From contig OZ374564.1 of NCBI GenBank assembly GCA_977862235.1, forward strand, positions 372,001 to 436,000: 64,000 bases of DNA. Direction: 5' to 3'. Position numbers and translations under genes: made by a program. A model generated the notes under the pieces. It did not search any database. It saw only the letters and a list, made by a program, of their open reading frames with translations, and had not been told where the DNA came from. Position 1 is the stretch's first letter, and the number at the start of each line of letters is the position of its first letter. This DNA is from Dudresnaya verticillata (lineage: Eukaryota). Positions 42,782-54,314 of this stretch are shown piece after piece.

Positions 42782-45370
42782 TGCCATCTCAAGTCCAAAT
42801 TGGAACTCTATAGCATCAACTTCAGCAAGGCGAAAAAGTACCATCACTAGTGGACTAACTTTCCGGACTAACATGACAAAGAATACATTTCAAACCATCA
42901 CTACCGCGTACAAGAATCTCGGGGGCCTGCCCAGCGCATGTGTCTTTTTTTCTGTTAGGCTACCGTAGCCGCTTTCGTACAAGGCTCTCGCAATGAGCAG
43001 CGAGCGTCTCATTGAATCAGCGGGTTGCGTTTTTCTGCGAAACAAAGTGCAGTCCTTCGATGCATCCGACTGTTGGAATTGGGAAAATGAAAACCTATGC
43101 GCGATCGTCACACGCATTGCGCCGCGCATTATCCGTATCAGTTTTCTGCACTGATCTTGCTGTCGGGGGGACGGGGCTACACTTCTCCTCGGAACAGACT
43201 TCTGCGATATAAGCAGAGTACTGATTGTTGCATACCCCACACCGGCATTGGATAAATTTTTGCGATGGCAGCCAAGCAGTAAGCCAACAATGAGAACACT
43301 AGATGAGTGCGGAGTCAGCGTCGATGTCGGAATTACTGTAACTCAAATTCATGATAGCCGTACTCCCGAGCCTTCAAGGAGCACTGCGATCATCGTGGTG
43401 TCAACACATGTCCTTCGTTCGCCGGCACGTACTCAGATACACCCACTCGCTAGACTATGTTGATGCTGGCAAGCATCATTACTTGAAGTACTCCCAAAGA
43501 TCAGAACACTATACATGCAAGGACATGCCATGGACGGGTATCACGCGCCGAAAGCTTATTGCGGTTGCTGTACCGCTTTGGCAAGAACTCCAAAGAGCAT
43601 TTTTAAGAAAGTTTTTTAAGCGATGACAAGATGTAAAGTTCGAAGCTAAGTGAGAAATGTCTGACATGGATCTGCAGGCAACACCTCCGAAATAGCACTC
43701 CAAGGGCTGCTTGGCTGTTGAGAGCATTCGGCACTAATGAGCACAGAGACTACTCATCAGTATTTTTGCAAAGCTACTCAGGGGTGGGGACGTGGGAGGA
43801 GTGCTTCACGTGTTGTCATGGGGTACGGTCTTGTTGCTCTCTCCCAAACTGCACCCGAATCGCTCCGACAACACAGCGCTGGGCGAGGTTCGGAAGAGAT
43901 TCTCTTACCGCCGAAGCCAATCAGGGAAGTAGAATCTCAGGTAATCGGGCGGGGGCGAAGTGGAACGAAGGGTCAAGAAGTGCAGAAGGCACATATGCGG
44001 AAATCAACAGGCAGCCACAAGGGCTAATCCTTCGGCGGAGGTTAAGAGTTTGCACATAAAGCACATCGACATCTGCGGCGACGCGGTTGCATCACACTGT
44101 AGCTGCCGATTAATCAGCCAATCGTTGCGCACAGCGAGGGCTCCTGCGTCGGTCCGCGGGCCTCACCGTCGTCCATATGCGAATATACATGTACATACAC
44201 GTTGTACATACTCGCCCAGAATAGGATGCCAGCGCTCAGCTCCGCTGCATTCTGTACAATGCCGCTGATGGCGGGCTTATCTCGAGTGTTTCTTTCAGCT
44301 CTGTCCTCACCCCTTATCGTGTCGGCCGCACATAGTCAGCCTCTAGAGAGAGCGGTGCACATCCTGTGGTGATCAGCACAGGTGCCAGTGCGACTCAAGC
44401 CACAGTATGACACAGCTTGGTCCCATCATGGCCCTACTCGCAGGAGATTCCAACCGGCAAGAATGTTGAGAAATATCTTCCACAATCTGTGGAGTCAAGA
44501 TTCGTTTGTGAGGTGCACATGCCCTACTGATGCACTCGTCACTCCAAAACCACATGCGCCGCTTCAGCTTTTAGCAACGACTCCAAAAGTTATAGAGCGA
44601 GGGTGATGCTACCATCATGCCACTTGGCGGCTAGACTTACCCCAAACGGCGTGATAGATTGTGATTGGGCAGTTGTGCAATTGTTGCAGATGCATTTGCG
44701 CCAGTAAATGATAGCAATTCCAGCCGACACTTGCGTTGCCTTCTGCTTGCAGGACGTTTGGGTTCCTCTCCCTACGAGCGCAACCACTTGGCGGCTGTGC
44801 AGAGGCTGTGGTGTCCAAACCCTGTGGCAGGCAGCGCATGGAGGCGTTTCGAAAGCACTTTTGGGCCACACTTTGCTTCAGGAACGGCTGTAGATTCTTC
44901 TCGGCAAATATCCCATGCACCGTGCAAGTGGCGGCGGAACGCATGCAAATCAAGCATTCCTCGCAGCTTGCATGCACCTAAAATCTTCTGCCAGACATTC
45001 CCCTCCGCACGCTTCTGATCACCCATATTCTTCCGCAGCCTTCCCGACCGCCAGTTATGCCCGCTGCGGTGACGGCATGCAATACTGGCCAGAGAGGCGA
45101 CATTTCGCTCGATTCGGACTCATGGCGGTACAATGCCCATGGCATGTGCGCTGGGGTTACCTGTTCCCAGCAGATCCTAATCACAATCCTCTGAAAATCC
45201 CGCCCGAGTTTCGCATATAAACTACGCTGCGCTTGCCTCCCTCCAAATTGAAAGCCCCACACTTCGCACACACTCTCCACTTCACTCATCTTCCTTTTCT
45301 CCCACTAACACTCTCTAACCCTCCTCGCATACCCGTCACTTCACATCAACTCAAACCACACCAACCAACT

Positions 45371-46615
45371 ATGGGATCTGTCGCCAACTACCGTGACCCG
45401 CTCGCTGACCGTCTCAGCCGCCTTGGAACCGAGACTGCCTACGCTGTCGCCCTTGAGGCTGGTAAGATCAAGGCCTCGGGGAAGAAGGTGTACCCGTTCC
45501 ACATCGGTGACCTCAACTTCCAGACCCCCACTGTTGTCAAGGAGGCTTGCAAGCAGGCCATCGATGATGGCTTCACTGGCTACTGCCCCGCTGCCGGTAT
45601 CCCTTCCCTGCGGAAGGCCATGGCTAGCCACTATAACGAGGTCTTTGGCCTTGAGTACGGCCCGGAGAACGTCTCCGTTCAGAGCGGTGGCAAGCCAGGA
45701 ATTGGAAAGTTCCTGATGTGCATCTGCAACGAAGGTGATGAGGTTCTGTTTCCGTCGCCTGGCTACCCCATCTATGAGAGCATGGCCAAGTTTCTGAACA
45801 CCAAGGCTGTCCCGTACCTGTACAAGGAGACAGCCGACGGCAGCTTCGCCCTTGACGTCCAGGAGCTCCGCGCCAAGGTCACCCCGCGCACCAAGGCCAT
45901 TTTCGTGAACAACTTCCAGAACCCCATGGGTGTCGCACACACCAAGGCTGAGCTGGATGCCATCGCCGCCCTTTGTGTAGAGAAGGACCTGTACTGCTTC
46001 TCAGATGACCCGTACTATCAGATTTGCTTCTCTGACTTCAACAAGGAGGACTTCGTCCACATTGCCACCCTCCCGGGCATGTTCAACCGTACCGTCTGTG
46101 GTTACACATTCTCCAAGAGCTTCGCAATGACTGGGTGGCGACTTGGTGCCGTTGTTGGGCCGCAGTGGATTGTCAACCAGGTCACGAAGATCAACACCAA
46201 TGACGAGGCCTGCACTACCCACTTCGTCCAGGTGGCCGGCGTCACTGCTCTGACGCACCCTGACGCCAAGAAGTTCACTGTTGACATGGTCAGCGAGCTG
46301 GAGGTGCGCCGGGATGTCCTTGCAGATGAGCTCAACAGCGTGCCTGGATTCCACGCAATTACGCCCAAAGCTACATTTTACATGATGGCAAATGTCACCA
46401 AGGCCATGGAGGCAATGGGCATCTCCGACATTGAAGCTTTCCGAAGCAAGGTTTTGTCCGAAACTGGCGTGTCTTTCTGCACCCGGGCCCACTTTGGCAC
46501 TCCTACTCCAGGGGAGGTGAACATGTACGTCCGATTCGCTTTCTCGGGCGTCACCGTTGACCAAATTAAGGCTGTCGGGAACGTGCTCCGACCGTACATG
46601 TCCCAGTACTGTTAG
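45371..46615 (+). CDS. PLP-dependent class I/II aminotransferase, bacterial-type
   Basis: GYCPAAGIPSLR, PSPGYPIY, NNFQNPMG, PLP-Lys motif FSKSFAMTGWRLG, YVRFAFS; TATAAA at 45216-45221; strong C-ending codon bias. Confidence 0.93.
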   Translation: MGSVANYRDPLADRLSRLGTETAYAVALEAGKIKASGKKVYPFHIGDLNFQTPTVVKEACKQAIDDGFTGYCPAAGIPSLRKAMASHYNEVFGLEYGPENVSVQSGGKPGIGKFLMCICNEGDEVLFPSPGYPIYESMAKFLNTKAVPYLYKETADGSFALDVQELRAKVTPRTKAIFVNNFQNPMGVAHTKAELDAIAALCVEKDLYCFSDDPYYQICFSDFNKEDFVHIATLPGMFNRTVCGYTFSKSFAMTGWRLGAVVGPQWIVNQVTKINTNDEACTTHFVQVAGVTALTHPDAKKFTVDMVSELEVRRDVLADELNSVPGFHAITPKATFYMMANVTKAMEAMGISDIEAFRSKVLSETGVSFCTRAHFGTPTPGEVNMYVRFAFSGVTVDQIKAVGNVLRPYMSQYC

Positions 46616-49600
46616 GACAGTCGGTGGAGGCTATGACGTGGCTTCAGGAGTAATAGTTTTTAGATTTTTCGTCATGATTGGGACGGCTTGGCTTGGGTCA
46701 GAACGACTCCATAATGGCCAACGATATGGGGTCGGTCTAGTTTAACCTTGTTTACGAGCGGAATACGAGTGATGTATACTAGAGAGGTCTTTGTGGCCTG
46801 ATAAAGGGAAATGAAGTGAAGTAAGTTGAGAATATGTTCGCAGTTCCAACGAGTGCATCGGGGGGTAGATCGCGGAGTTATCTTTCGACCAGAGCTGTGC
46901 AGAGCAGGCGGTGGCACGGCTAGAACCTAACATTCAGTTTTCTGGATGGTCAGGCAAGTAGATTCTGGATATACCAGTCGCTTGTGCGAGACCTTCTTTA
47001 AACTCAGAAGAAGAGTTGTGGAACCACGCTTACTGTAAATTGCGGAAGGGGCTTTGCGAACAAGTTCCGCACCGCTCTAATTCGATGTGGAAGCAGAGGG
47101 AGACAACCCTCATCATTTCATGTGGCACAGTACGTTGCAATGGTAGGATACTTTGCCAGAGCCAGACATGTAGGATGGTGCAGCAGGCGAAGGGGAGCCA
47201 ATTTGCTGCATTGCAGTTGCTGTTCTCCTTGATTGAGGGCAGCGAACACGTCATGGGAATCAGTTGTGGAGGTATTCTGAAAGTAGTGAACGAGAACCCA
47301 AAAGGCAGAATACATTTCTGTTCGATTGACTATTCCCTCTGCCTCCTTTGTGAAATAGATACCGTACCACCAACAGAAGAGTCCAAGACCTACTCACTAC
47401 TGAGACGTTCACGAGACGTTCTAGGTCTCGTGTCAAGAAGAGCATATGATAGTATGGCCATCGGTACGTTTACCTTCTCCGGTTTCACTTTGCCTTCTGC
47501 GTGCTGTTGTGAGTATAGTGAGCAATGCTACAAAGCAGAATTTGCGAAGAAGCGAAAAGGACCTCGTTATTTCTTGAACAGCGACTAGCTCTGAAGAAGG
47601 TAGACCGAGTGCAGATGACAGAAAATCTTGGCAGTTTGAACAACTATGCGGGAGGGAAAGGCAAAAGCGCTTGGCCAAAACGCTACTTCTTATCCTGGCC
47701 TTGTAATGACCATGAGCTTTTCTGTTCGCCTCTTTTCTATCGTTGGGTTCTCTGAGCCTAGACCCTTTCAGCTTGCCGGGGTTGGCAAAACAGAACATGG
47801 AAAGTTGCGCAGCGTTTTGATTGCATGGTGTAGGGTGCAAATATACAACTGAATAACTCGCTCGTTTCCTCGTCCCGGTGTAGCGCCCGCTGCATAAACG
47901 ATGAGAGCAGTGCTTCATGTAGGGGGAGTCGTATCTGTTTGCAGTCGTAGTGTGCACTCTTAACTCTATGCACCCTGAGGAGTCTTAGCAAAAAGCATCT
48001 CCTAAGTTTGACCTGCGCCATTATTATTTTGCACAATCCAGGAAACACGTTTTGCAAAGATGGAGTTACCGTACTTTGAAGAAACTTATCGTTGCAATTG
48101 ATGTCGCAACCAGGGAACGGTGCTGCGATCATTTACGTAACGGGAGAACGAACAAAGCTTTCACTGAGAGAAGAGAAAACCGAGTTTGGGGTAAGGAACT
48201 GGAAGTATCTACATTCGCTTCACCGAAGGTAATCGTGCTCCAGCATCTGCATTGTAAATCTTATTGGATGCGTAGGTGTCCTCCCGACAGTACAGGTGTT
48301 TACGAACAAGGCACAAGCCTACGAAAACCCTACTTCCGTTTCCGATGTGTCCACATGATCAGAATCATCCCACTACAACGCGAAGTCTTCCATCACTGCG
48401 TTTGCGCGATGGGTTACGGCGGAATAACCGTGAACTTAGTTACATGGACCAGAGCTTGTTACCGCGCGCAATTCGACTTACCTTACATTGATATCGCCAC
48501 TTGAAAATAAACATTCCACTGAATGGACCAGTTCTTGATAACGAACCTATTCATTTCATACCAATTCCACACAAAAACGCACCGCTGTAGACATGGAGTT
48601 GGTCGCCGCATCAAAGGTTAAAAAACTGTTAGTATGACTTTCGCTGCACAACTTGTCGGCTCAGTCTGGTGCAATCCATTGTTACACTGGACGAACAGAT
48701 CGGCAGGCGTGTGAGCGCCTAGGGAAAAAAGGGGGTTATCGGAGAATATTGAAAGGAAGAAGATGGTGGCATTTTGCTCGCATGCCACGGGTTCAAGCAC
48801 GAGATTGCTTGCGCACGCACGCAATACGCGAGGAGCCCTGAAAGCTGCTAGCACTGCCGCCCCTTCGGTATCACAAGGTCGTAAAGATATCAGCTCCCCT
48901 TTGAGATGGGACCGGTCTTCTGCTCGGTCCGAGTCCAGAAACCGGATCTGTGTGCGATAACGTAGAGATCTCATTACCAGCCAACGCGGAAACATCCCCG
49001 CAAACGGACACCGAAGCCCACGAGCCCTCCTTCCCGGACAGACTATTTGCGGAAGTTAACTTGGGCCGCTTACCCAAGCCTTTGTATCCGCTCTAATTGG
49101 TGACGGTGTGCAACTGCTGTGAGTGTAGATAATCACAGCAATGATCGGCCCGACCGGCACACGCACCTTCCCGTCTCGCTACGCATTGGGAGCAGCCCTT
49201 CCCTGAAATCGCGGAGCGACTATTCCCGGGCATGCGGAGTATCGCAAGTTACTAGTCCAAAACTTGAACGGCATGACCAAGAAACGATGAGACCAAGAGC
49301 TCCGCGTGACCAGCTGGATGAGAGTAACAATACCACGCGGGTATCGGTCGATACCACAGAAACCCAAGAATGTACTCCATCTCATCGCCAGATCACCGGC
49401 ATTGTTACACAAAAACCAAGTCTGAAGAAGAGTTCACCTCCTTCGAAATTTAATGCAGCAACCAATGCAGTCCACAGAGAAAATAGACGCCAAAGAAGTT
49501 CGGCGCAAGAACTCGGTCACATTCGCCGCATCAATTCCGGGTGACCGCAACTGAGCAAAAGCCAAGCAAACCTGACCTGCCTCCAGAACAACCTTAGCAA

Positions 49601-49654
49601 GTCCACAAGCTGGTCCAACACAGCTTCACGCCAACGACTCAAGCAACACCACGA

Positions 49655-50563
49655 CTAGTCCATGTAGTGGTCCCGATCACCATTGCTAGCATGTCCGTTA
49701 CCATTGGCAGGCTTGTTCTGATACCTCCGGTAGCGACGGCGGTTCTGCCGACGACCCTGGGTATGAGGTCCATTACCATTCTCCCTGTCATCCGTAGGCG
49801 AGTTCCTACCCTGAGAATACCCATTACCACGCCGCGGGGACACGTTGTCCTCGATGTATTCAACATCCGCAGCATCGCCCTGCTTCTTGCGACCGTTTCC
49901 CAGAGCACGACCGCGCGGCTTACCCACCCTGGAATGGACCGGGCCTCCCTGGGTGCCAATGGAGTCAGTCGCCAGGGTGATATGCAGCGGCTCGTTATCC
50001 AAGGGCACCATGTTGTACTTCTTGATGGCATCCAGGGCGTCCTTCATCTCCTCAAACACCACCTCCGCCTCGCAAGCCGACTGACCACTTGGAAGAAGAC
50101 GAAGTGTAGCACTCCGAAGCGGCCCAACAGTCTCAAAGAGCTCGGCGATATCCGGCTGGGTGACGCCCGCGTCCAGGTTGGACACGGCAACTTTCACGCC
50201 CTTCGCGACGCGACGCACATTACGGGCACCGGAGGAGAGGCGCTGGTGGACGTTGGTCGTCGCGGGGGCTCTGTCCGGGGAGCGGCGGTCCTTGGAGACC
50301 ACGACAGCAGCGGCGGCAGCAGCGGCAGAAGCCCTGCGGGCGCGGCGCTTCTTGGCAATGCCGATGCGCTTCTTGGAGGCGCCAAGCTTCGGCTCGTTAC
50401 CCTGGTTGCTGGGGCTGGCCTGCGCGGAGGCTTTTTTGCCTTTGGCGGCGTTGACGTTCGGCACACGGGCCTGGCGCTCCTGCTTGCGGCGGTCCGCACG
50501 GGCAGCACGTTTCGCATTGCGCGACTCCTGGACAATCTCGTCGAGGGGGCGGTCGATGTTCAT
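49655..50563 (-). CDS. ALY: ALY/REF (THOC4/Yra1)-like mRNA export adaptor
   Basis: N-terminal UAP56-binding-like motif MNIDRPLDEIVQ; Arg/Lys-rich arms; ALY-type RRM KVAVSNLDAGVTQPDIAELFETVGPL..AEVVF..DALDAIKKYNMVPLDNEPL. Confidence 0.82.
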   Translation of the reverse strand: MNIDRPLDEIVQESRNAKRAARADRRKQERQARVPNVNAAKGKKASAQASPSNQGNEPKLGASKKRIGIAKKRRARRASAAAAAAAVVVSKDRRSPDRAPATTNVHQRLSSGARNVRRVAKGVKVAVSNLDAGVTQPDIAELFETVGPLRSATLRLLPSGQSACEAEVVFEEMKDALDAIKKYNMVPLDNEPLHITLATDSIGTQGGPVHSRVGKPRGRALGNGRKKQGDAADVEYIEDNVSPRRGNGYSQGRNSPTDDRENGNGPHTQGRRQNRRRYRRYQNKPANGNGHASNGDRDHYMD

Positions 50564-50989
50564 TGTGGGTTGAAGTGGTTCGTAGGATGCGGGCAGTCAG
50601 TGGTTGAGCAGGCGCGCGTGTCGGTGGGCGTGTCGGTGTGGTGTCGGTGCGGGTTGGGTCGAGACGGGTGGGGAAGGAGGCCGTGAAAAGGAGCACGAAG
50701 CGGGGGCCGGCGAAATCAAAGGCGGGAAGGACTCGCCAACGAAGCGGCCGACGAGTTCAAAACCCGCGACAAATTTTGTAAGAAGCGCCAAAAAATCGAG
50801 CAATTAATTACACGCTACCACTGCAATTACGCCACGTGTAATTACTGGCCGTAGGCGGCCCGGCCGCTGGCTGCCAACACGCGCCAACAACCAGCAACAA
50901 ACACATCACCCTCGCCCCCGGCCCACGGCCCCTGCGAGTTGGCGCTTTCTTTCTTCGTCGTCCTGCGCCCGGCAGCCCGGACTTGCTCG

Positions 50990-51045
50990 CCCCCCCCACC
51001 CCCCCCCCCCCATCCCCCCCCCCCCCCCCCCTCCTGCCCCCCCCC
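50990..51045 (+). repeat. Interrupted poly-C tract
   Basis: Several long C runs (up to about 18) immediately upstream of ATG 51062. Confidence 0.9.
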
Positions 51046-51061
51046 GCGCCCCGCCTCTGCA

Positions 51062-51964
51062 ATGAACCACGCTAGCGACGCCATGCTGGACGGTGATGAC
51101 GCCGGGCTCAACCCGTCGCTGCAGCCCACCCCGTACCCACCGGGCAGCTCGTCGCAGCGGAGGCGCCCCATCGTCGTGCGCGACCCAAAGACGGGCGACA
51201 CGCGCTTCGTATACGGCGGCGGCCCGCGCCCAACTCCGAGCCCGGGCTATCGCTCTGCTCCCTACCGCCCATCATATGAAGAGTATCAGGACCGCAACGC
51301 CCCGCACGACGACCGCGCGCCCGTCGTCAAGATCGTGTCCGGCTACCGTGGCCGCCAGATCGTCGTGCGCGATCCCTCGCGCCGCGAGGCCCCGCCTGCC
51401 CCGCCTACCGCCCCTGCCCCGCTGGGCGTTCGTGATGGCGGTGTGCGCAAGTCGAACTACTACGATCGCCGCTCAGCGCGCTCGCCGCCCTACTCGCCGA
51501 ATGGTTATGAGGGGCGGGGGCGTGGCGGCCGCTCGGATGGCTACTATGACGACGACGAGGATGAGGACGACGCTCGCCTGTATGGTCGTGACAGGGACAG
51601 CGATTATGACCGCGGCGTAGATCACCATATGGCCACGGGAGCGGAGTACGACCGGTACGAATCTAGGGAGTACTACCGCGGCGGCGGCTCTTCGCATGAC
51701 CCGGCCCACGAAGATCTCACTGGCAAGGTCGTCTATGTGGATAATTTGAGCGACGATGTCACAACGACGGGGCTGGCGGATCTGTTTGGCATGGTTGGGG
51801 CCGTAAAGGAGCTGCGCCTACTTTACGATCGACAGGGAAACCCCAACGGATCTGCGGATATTGTCTTCCAGAGACGTGCAGATGCTGAGGAGGCCATCAA
51901 GTCTCTTCACAATGTTCCTCTGAACAACCGCCCGATGAGGCTTAGCATGGGAAATGGTTTGTAG
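51062..51964 (+). CDS. Second ALY/POLDIP3-like RRM protein
   Basis: C-terminal ALY-type RRM VYVDNLSDDVT..LADLF..VG..LYDRQGNPNGSADIVFQRRADAEEAIKSLHNVPLNNRPMRL; R/G/Y/D-rich disordered N-terminus. Confidence 0.78.
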   Translation: MNHASDAMLDGDDAGLNPSLQPTPYPPGSSSQRRRPIVVRDPKTGDTRFVYGGGPRPTPSPGYRSAPYRPSYEEYQDRNAPHDDRAPVVKIVSGYRGRQIVVRDPSRREAPPAPPTAPAPLGVRDGGVRKSNYYDRRSARSPPYSPNGYEGRGRGGRSDGYYDDDEDEDDARLYGRDRDSDYDRGVDHHMATGAEYDRYESREYYRGGGSSHDPAHEDLTGKVVYVDNLSDDVTTTGLADLFGMVGAVKELRLLYDRQGNPNGSADIVFQRRADAEEAIKSLHNVPLNNRPMRLSMGNGL

Positions 51965-54314
51965 GTGCGCCACGTCAGAGGACGTTGCGCAAGTAAAGGA
52001 TGTGGTAAAGTGTGTGCGGTTGGTGCCGTTGGCGGCTTCAACCTGGTGAGGTAGGGATATGCTTCTCTTGTTGTTAATGTTTGGGTTTGCGAAAGTGTCG
52101 ATATTGGTGTTTTATAGGGGTTTTCTTGTAGTGGCGTGGGGTGTGAGGCTTACGACATTCTGTATTATTCTTATTGAAGTGCATATACGGTAGAAGGCGA
52201 TGGCGCTGGGTAGATGGAATGAGGGAAGAAGACCATCGTGTACAATACTTCGCTGGATGGTGGGTTCATATTGTGGTGAAAGGACGGCGGTTGGCTTAGG
52301 TGAAACAAGGCATGGTGTTTCGCCTCTAATGGTATCCTCGTGGGATCGCTCCTGGCCGCAGCTGTGGGTTTCGGCCTATCGAAGTACGTTGACTCCTTTT
52401 CCAAGTTCCTTGCGCTCGTGCGATGATTATCTCGCCAATGCGGTTCCGAAGCGTACGATCCGAAGCAGTGCTATGCGTGAAGAGACATTTCAACGAGCCA
52501 GCATCGTTGACTGCGTGTGGTCATCATCAAAACAGCGTGTAGGACGAAGTGCAAATTCCTGCTCCTCTGAAATACGTAGATGTATATAACAAATCATACT
52601 CGACAGAGCACAGCGAAAGTTACCTAGACTATCGGCAAGCGTGCAATAGTAGATGTTCAAATGCTCGCGACTTGCTGGATAAACGGTGGTCAAGGCTTTT
52701 GGAAGGTGCTAGAGATCACAGCGCAAGCCTCTCTTTAAGTGAGTTCGGTTTTAAAGTGTAGGGGCGGTTCTATGTAACTTGTCATTCAACTTCTACGCTC
52801 CGCATGAGTCAGAGACCTCCTTTGAGTTATGTGGTACTAACGGCTGTGTCGTAAATTATTGATGGCCGTCTAGGATAATATACGTTTCGTAACCCGTTTT
52901 CTGTAAATCGGGGACTTACCCGCTTCCTTGCGTATTACTGCACTGTACCTTTGTTCAACCTTAGCATACTGTTCAGCCGTCTGAAGCTGAATGACGACAA
53001 GCACGGAGAAAGTTATTGCGGATAGCATATGCCCGAACGAGCACCATCAACCACGCGAAGGGCATCGTTAATTCGCAGATCCCGCAAAGAGCAACCTGCA
53101 TGATGAAATGTGTTTTCATGGCGAGAGGGAAGCCTCGTGGGCTGAATATTACTTTTTCTGGGACTCGGACAGGTAGCACGTAAACATGCTTTCAACATAA
53201 CTTTCCTCCTGCCCTCAATCGTTCCCATGCCACGGTTCCGTTTTCGCCGCGGACTGCAGGCGAGCCGAACGCAGGTCAAAGCTCTGAAGATATTGCGACT
53301 ATGCTGCAATGTCACTTCTTACTCGAGATTAAGAGAGCCCAGAGGAGACATGCTCTGAGTGATCATCACGAGAGAACAATTGTATGCGATCTAATGGATC
53401 TCGTTGAGCCCATGTCGCTGATTATGTACATTCACCCTAAATCTATGTCTCAGCTTAAACCGAGCACAGAGAAACTTCTTTGATAGCAAGGATATTGCTG
53501 AATTGCTGCCATCGGTCCCCATCAGTTCCCATCGCTTCCCATCATAAACCCATGTCTGGGTAGAGAGGGATATATATACACATAGATATAGAGAGAGCAT
53601 TTGCATCATGTTGCTTGCCTTTCTGTGCGAACAGAGATAAAAGTGGCTCCATAAGGATTCTGTTTGAGATCTTCAAGCAGAGAATACAATGCATCTCGCC
53701 TGGACACTGGCAAGAACACCTTGCGCATCCACAGAGTTCTTTCAAGCGTTTCTTCATCAAACGTGGGAAGAAGGAGATCTCCAATCCATCCCACCTGCCA
53801 GATGGGCGGCGGGGACAGACGCCTTTGAGTTGCCTCGGAACTCCTTCAGATAGGTCGATGTTCTGTAAGTGCTGTAATGCGAGTTTGCGTCCACCGAAGG
53901 GGTCGCGTCGGGTCAGCTTCCGATATTTCATGAAAAGCTGAAAAATGTCCAACTTTTTAAATCAAGGAGTTGGAAGTTACAGGAAGGAATCGGTATCTGG
54001 ATTTCCTCTCCCGTATGAGTTTTGCAGTGCTGGCAGAAAGCTTCTAATTTATTGGCTCTTTGACAGCCTGTCCTGCGCATGGCCGGCAACTGAAATGCTC
54101 GCAGCAACACTCCGACCGACGAACGAAACGCGTAGAAAAACGGTCCCTCCCGCTCGAATCCCTCCCTTATCCCCCACAGCCATCTCACCCTCGCCGCGAG
54201 CCTGCCCTCTCCTGCATCGTGCCGCTTTTTGCTTCACCCTACCCTTCCTCTGCCACTGCGCCACTCCGCGGCGCGTCTGCCCTGGTAGCAGACTCGCTCA
54301 CCCCCTAAGCGAGC

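Noticed and set aside
42800..45200. Possible ncRNA or transposon in the 2.4-kb intergenic gap
   Set aside because: No tRNA/snRNA motifs, terminal repeats or transposase fragments recognised.
47016..48504. ORFs of 120-190 aa in the intergenic region after the aminotransferase
   Set aside because: Mostly non-ATG starts, no codon bias, no motifs.
52973..53952. Short protein-like minus-strand ORFs (e.g. WIGDLLLPTFDEETLERTLWMRK)
   Set aside because: Fragmented across frames with no recognisable family; a decayed gene is possible but unsupported.
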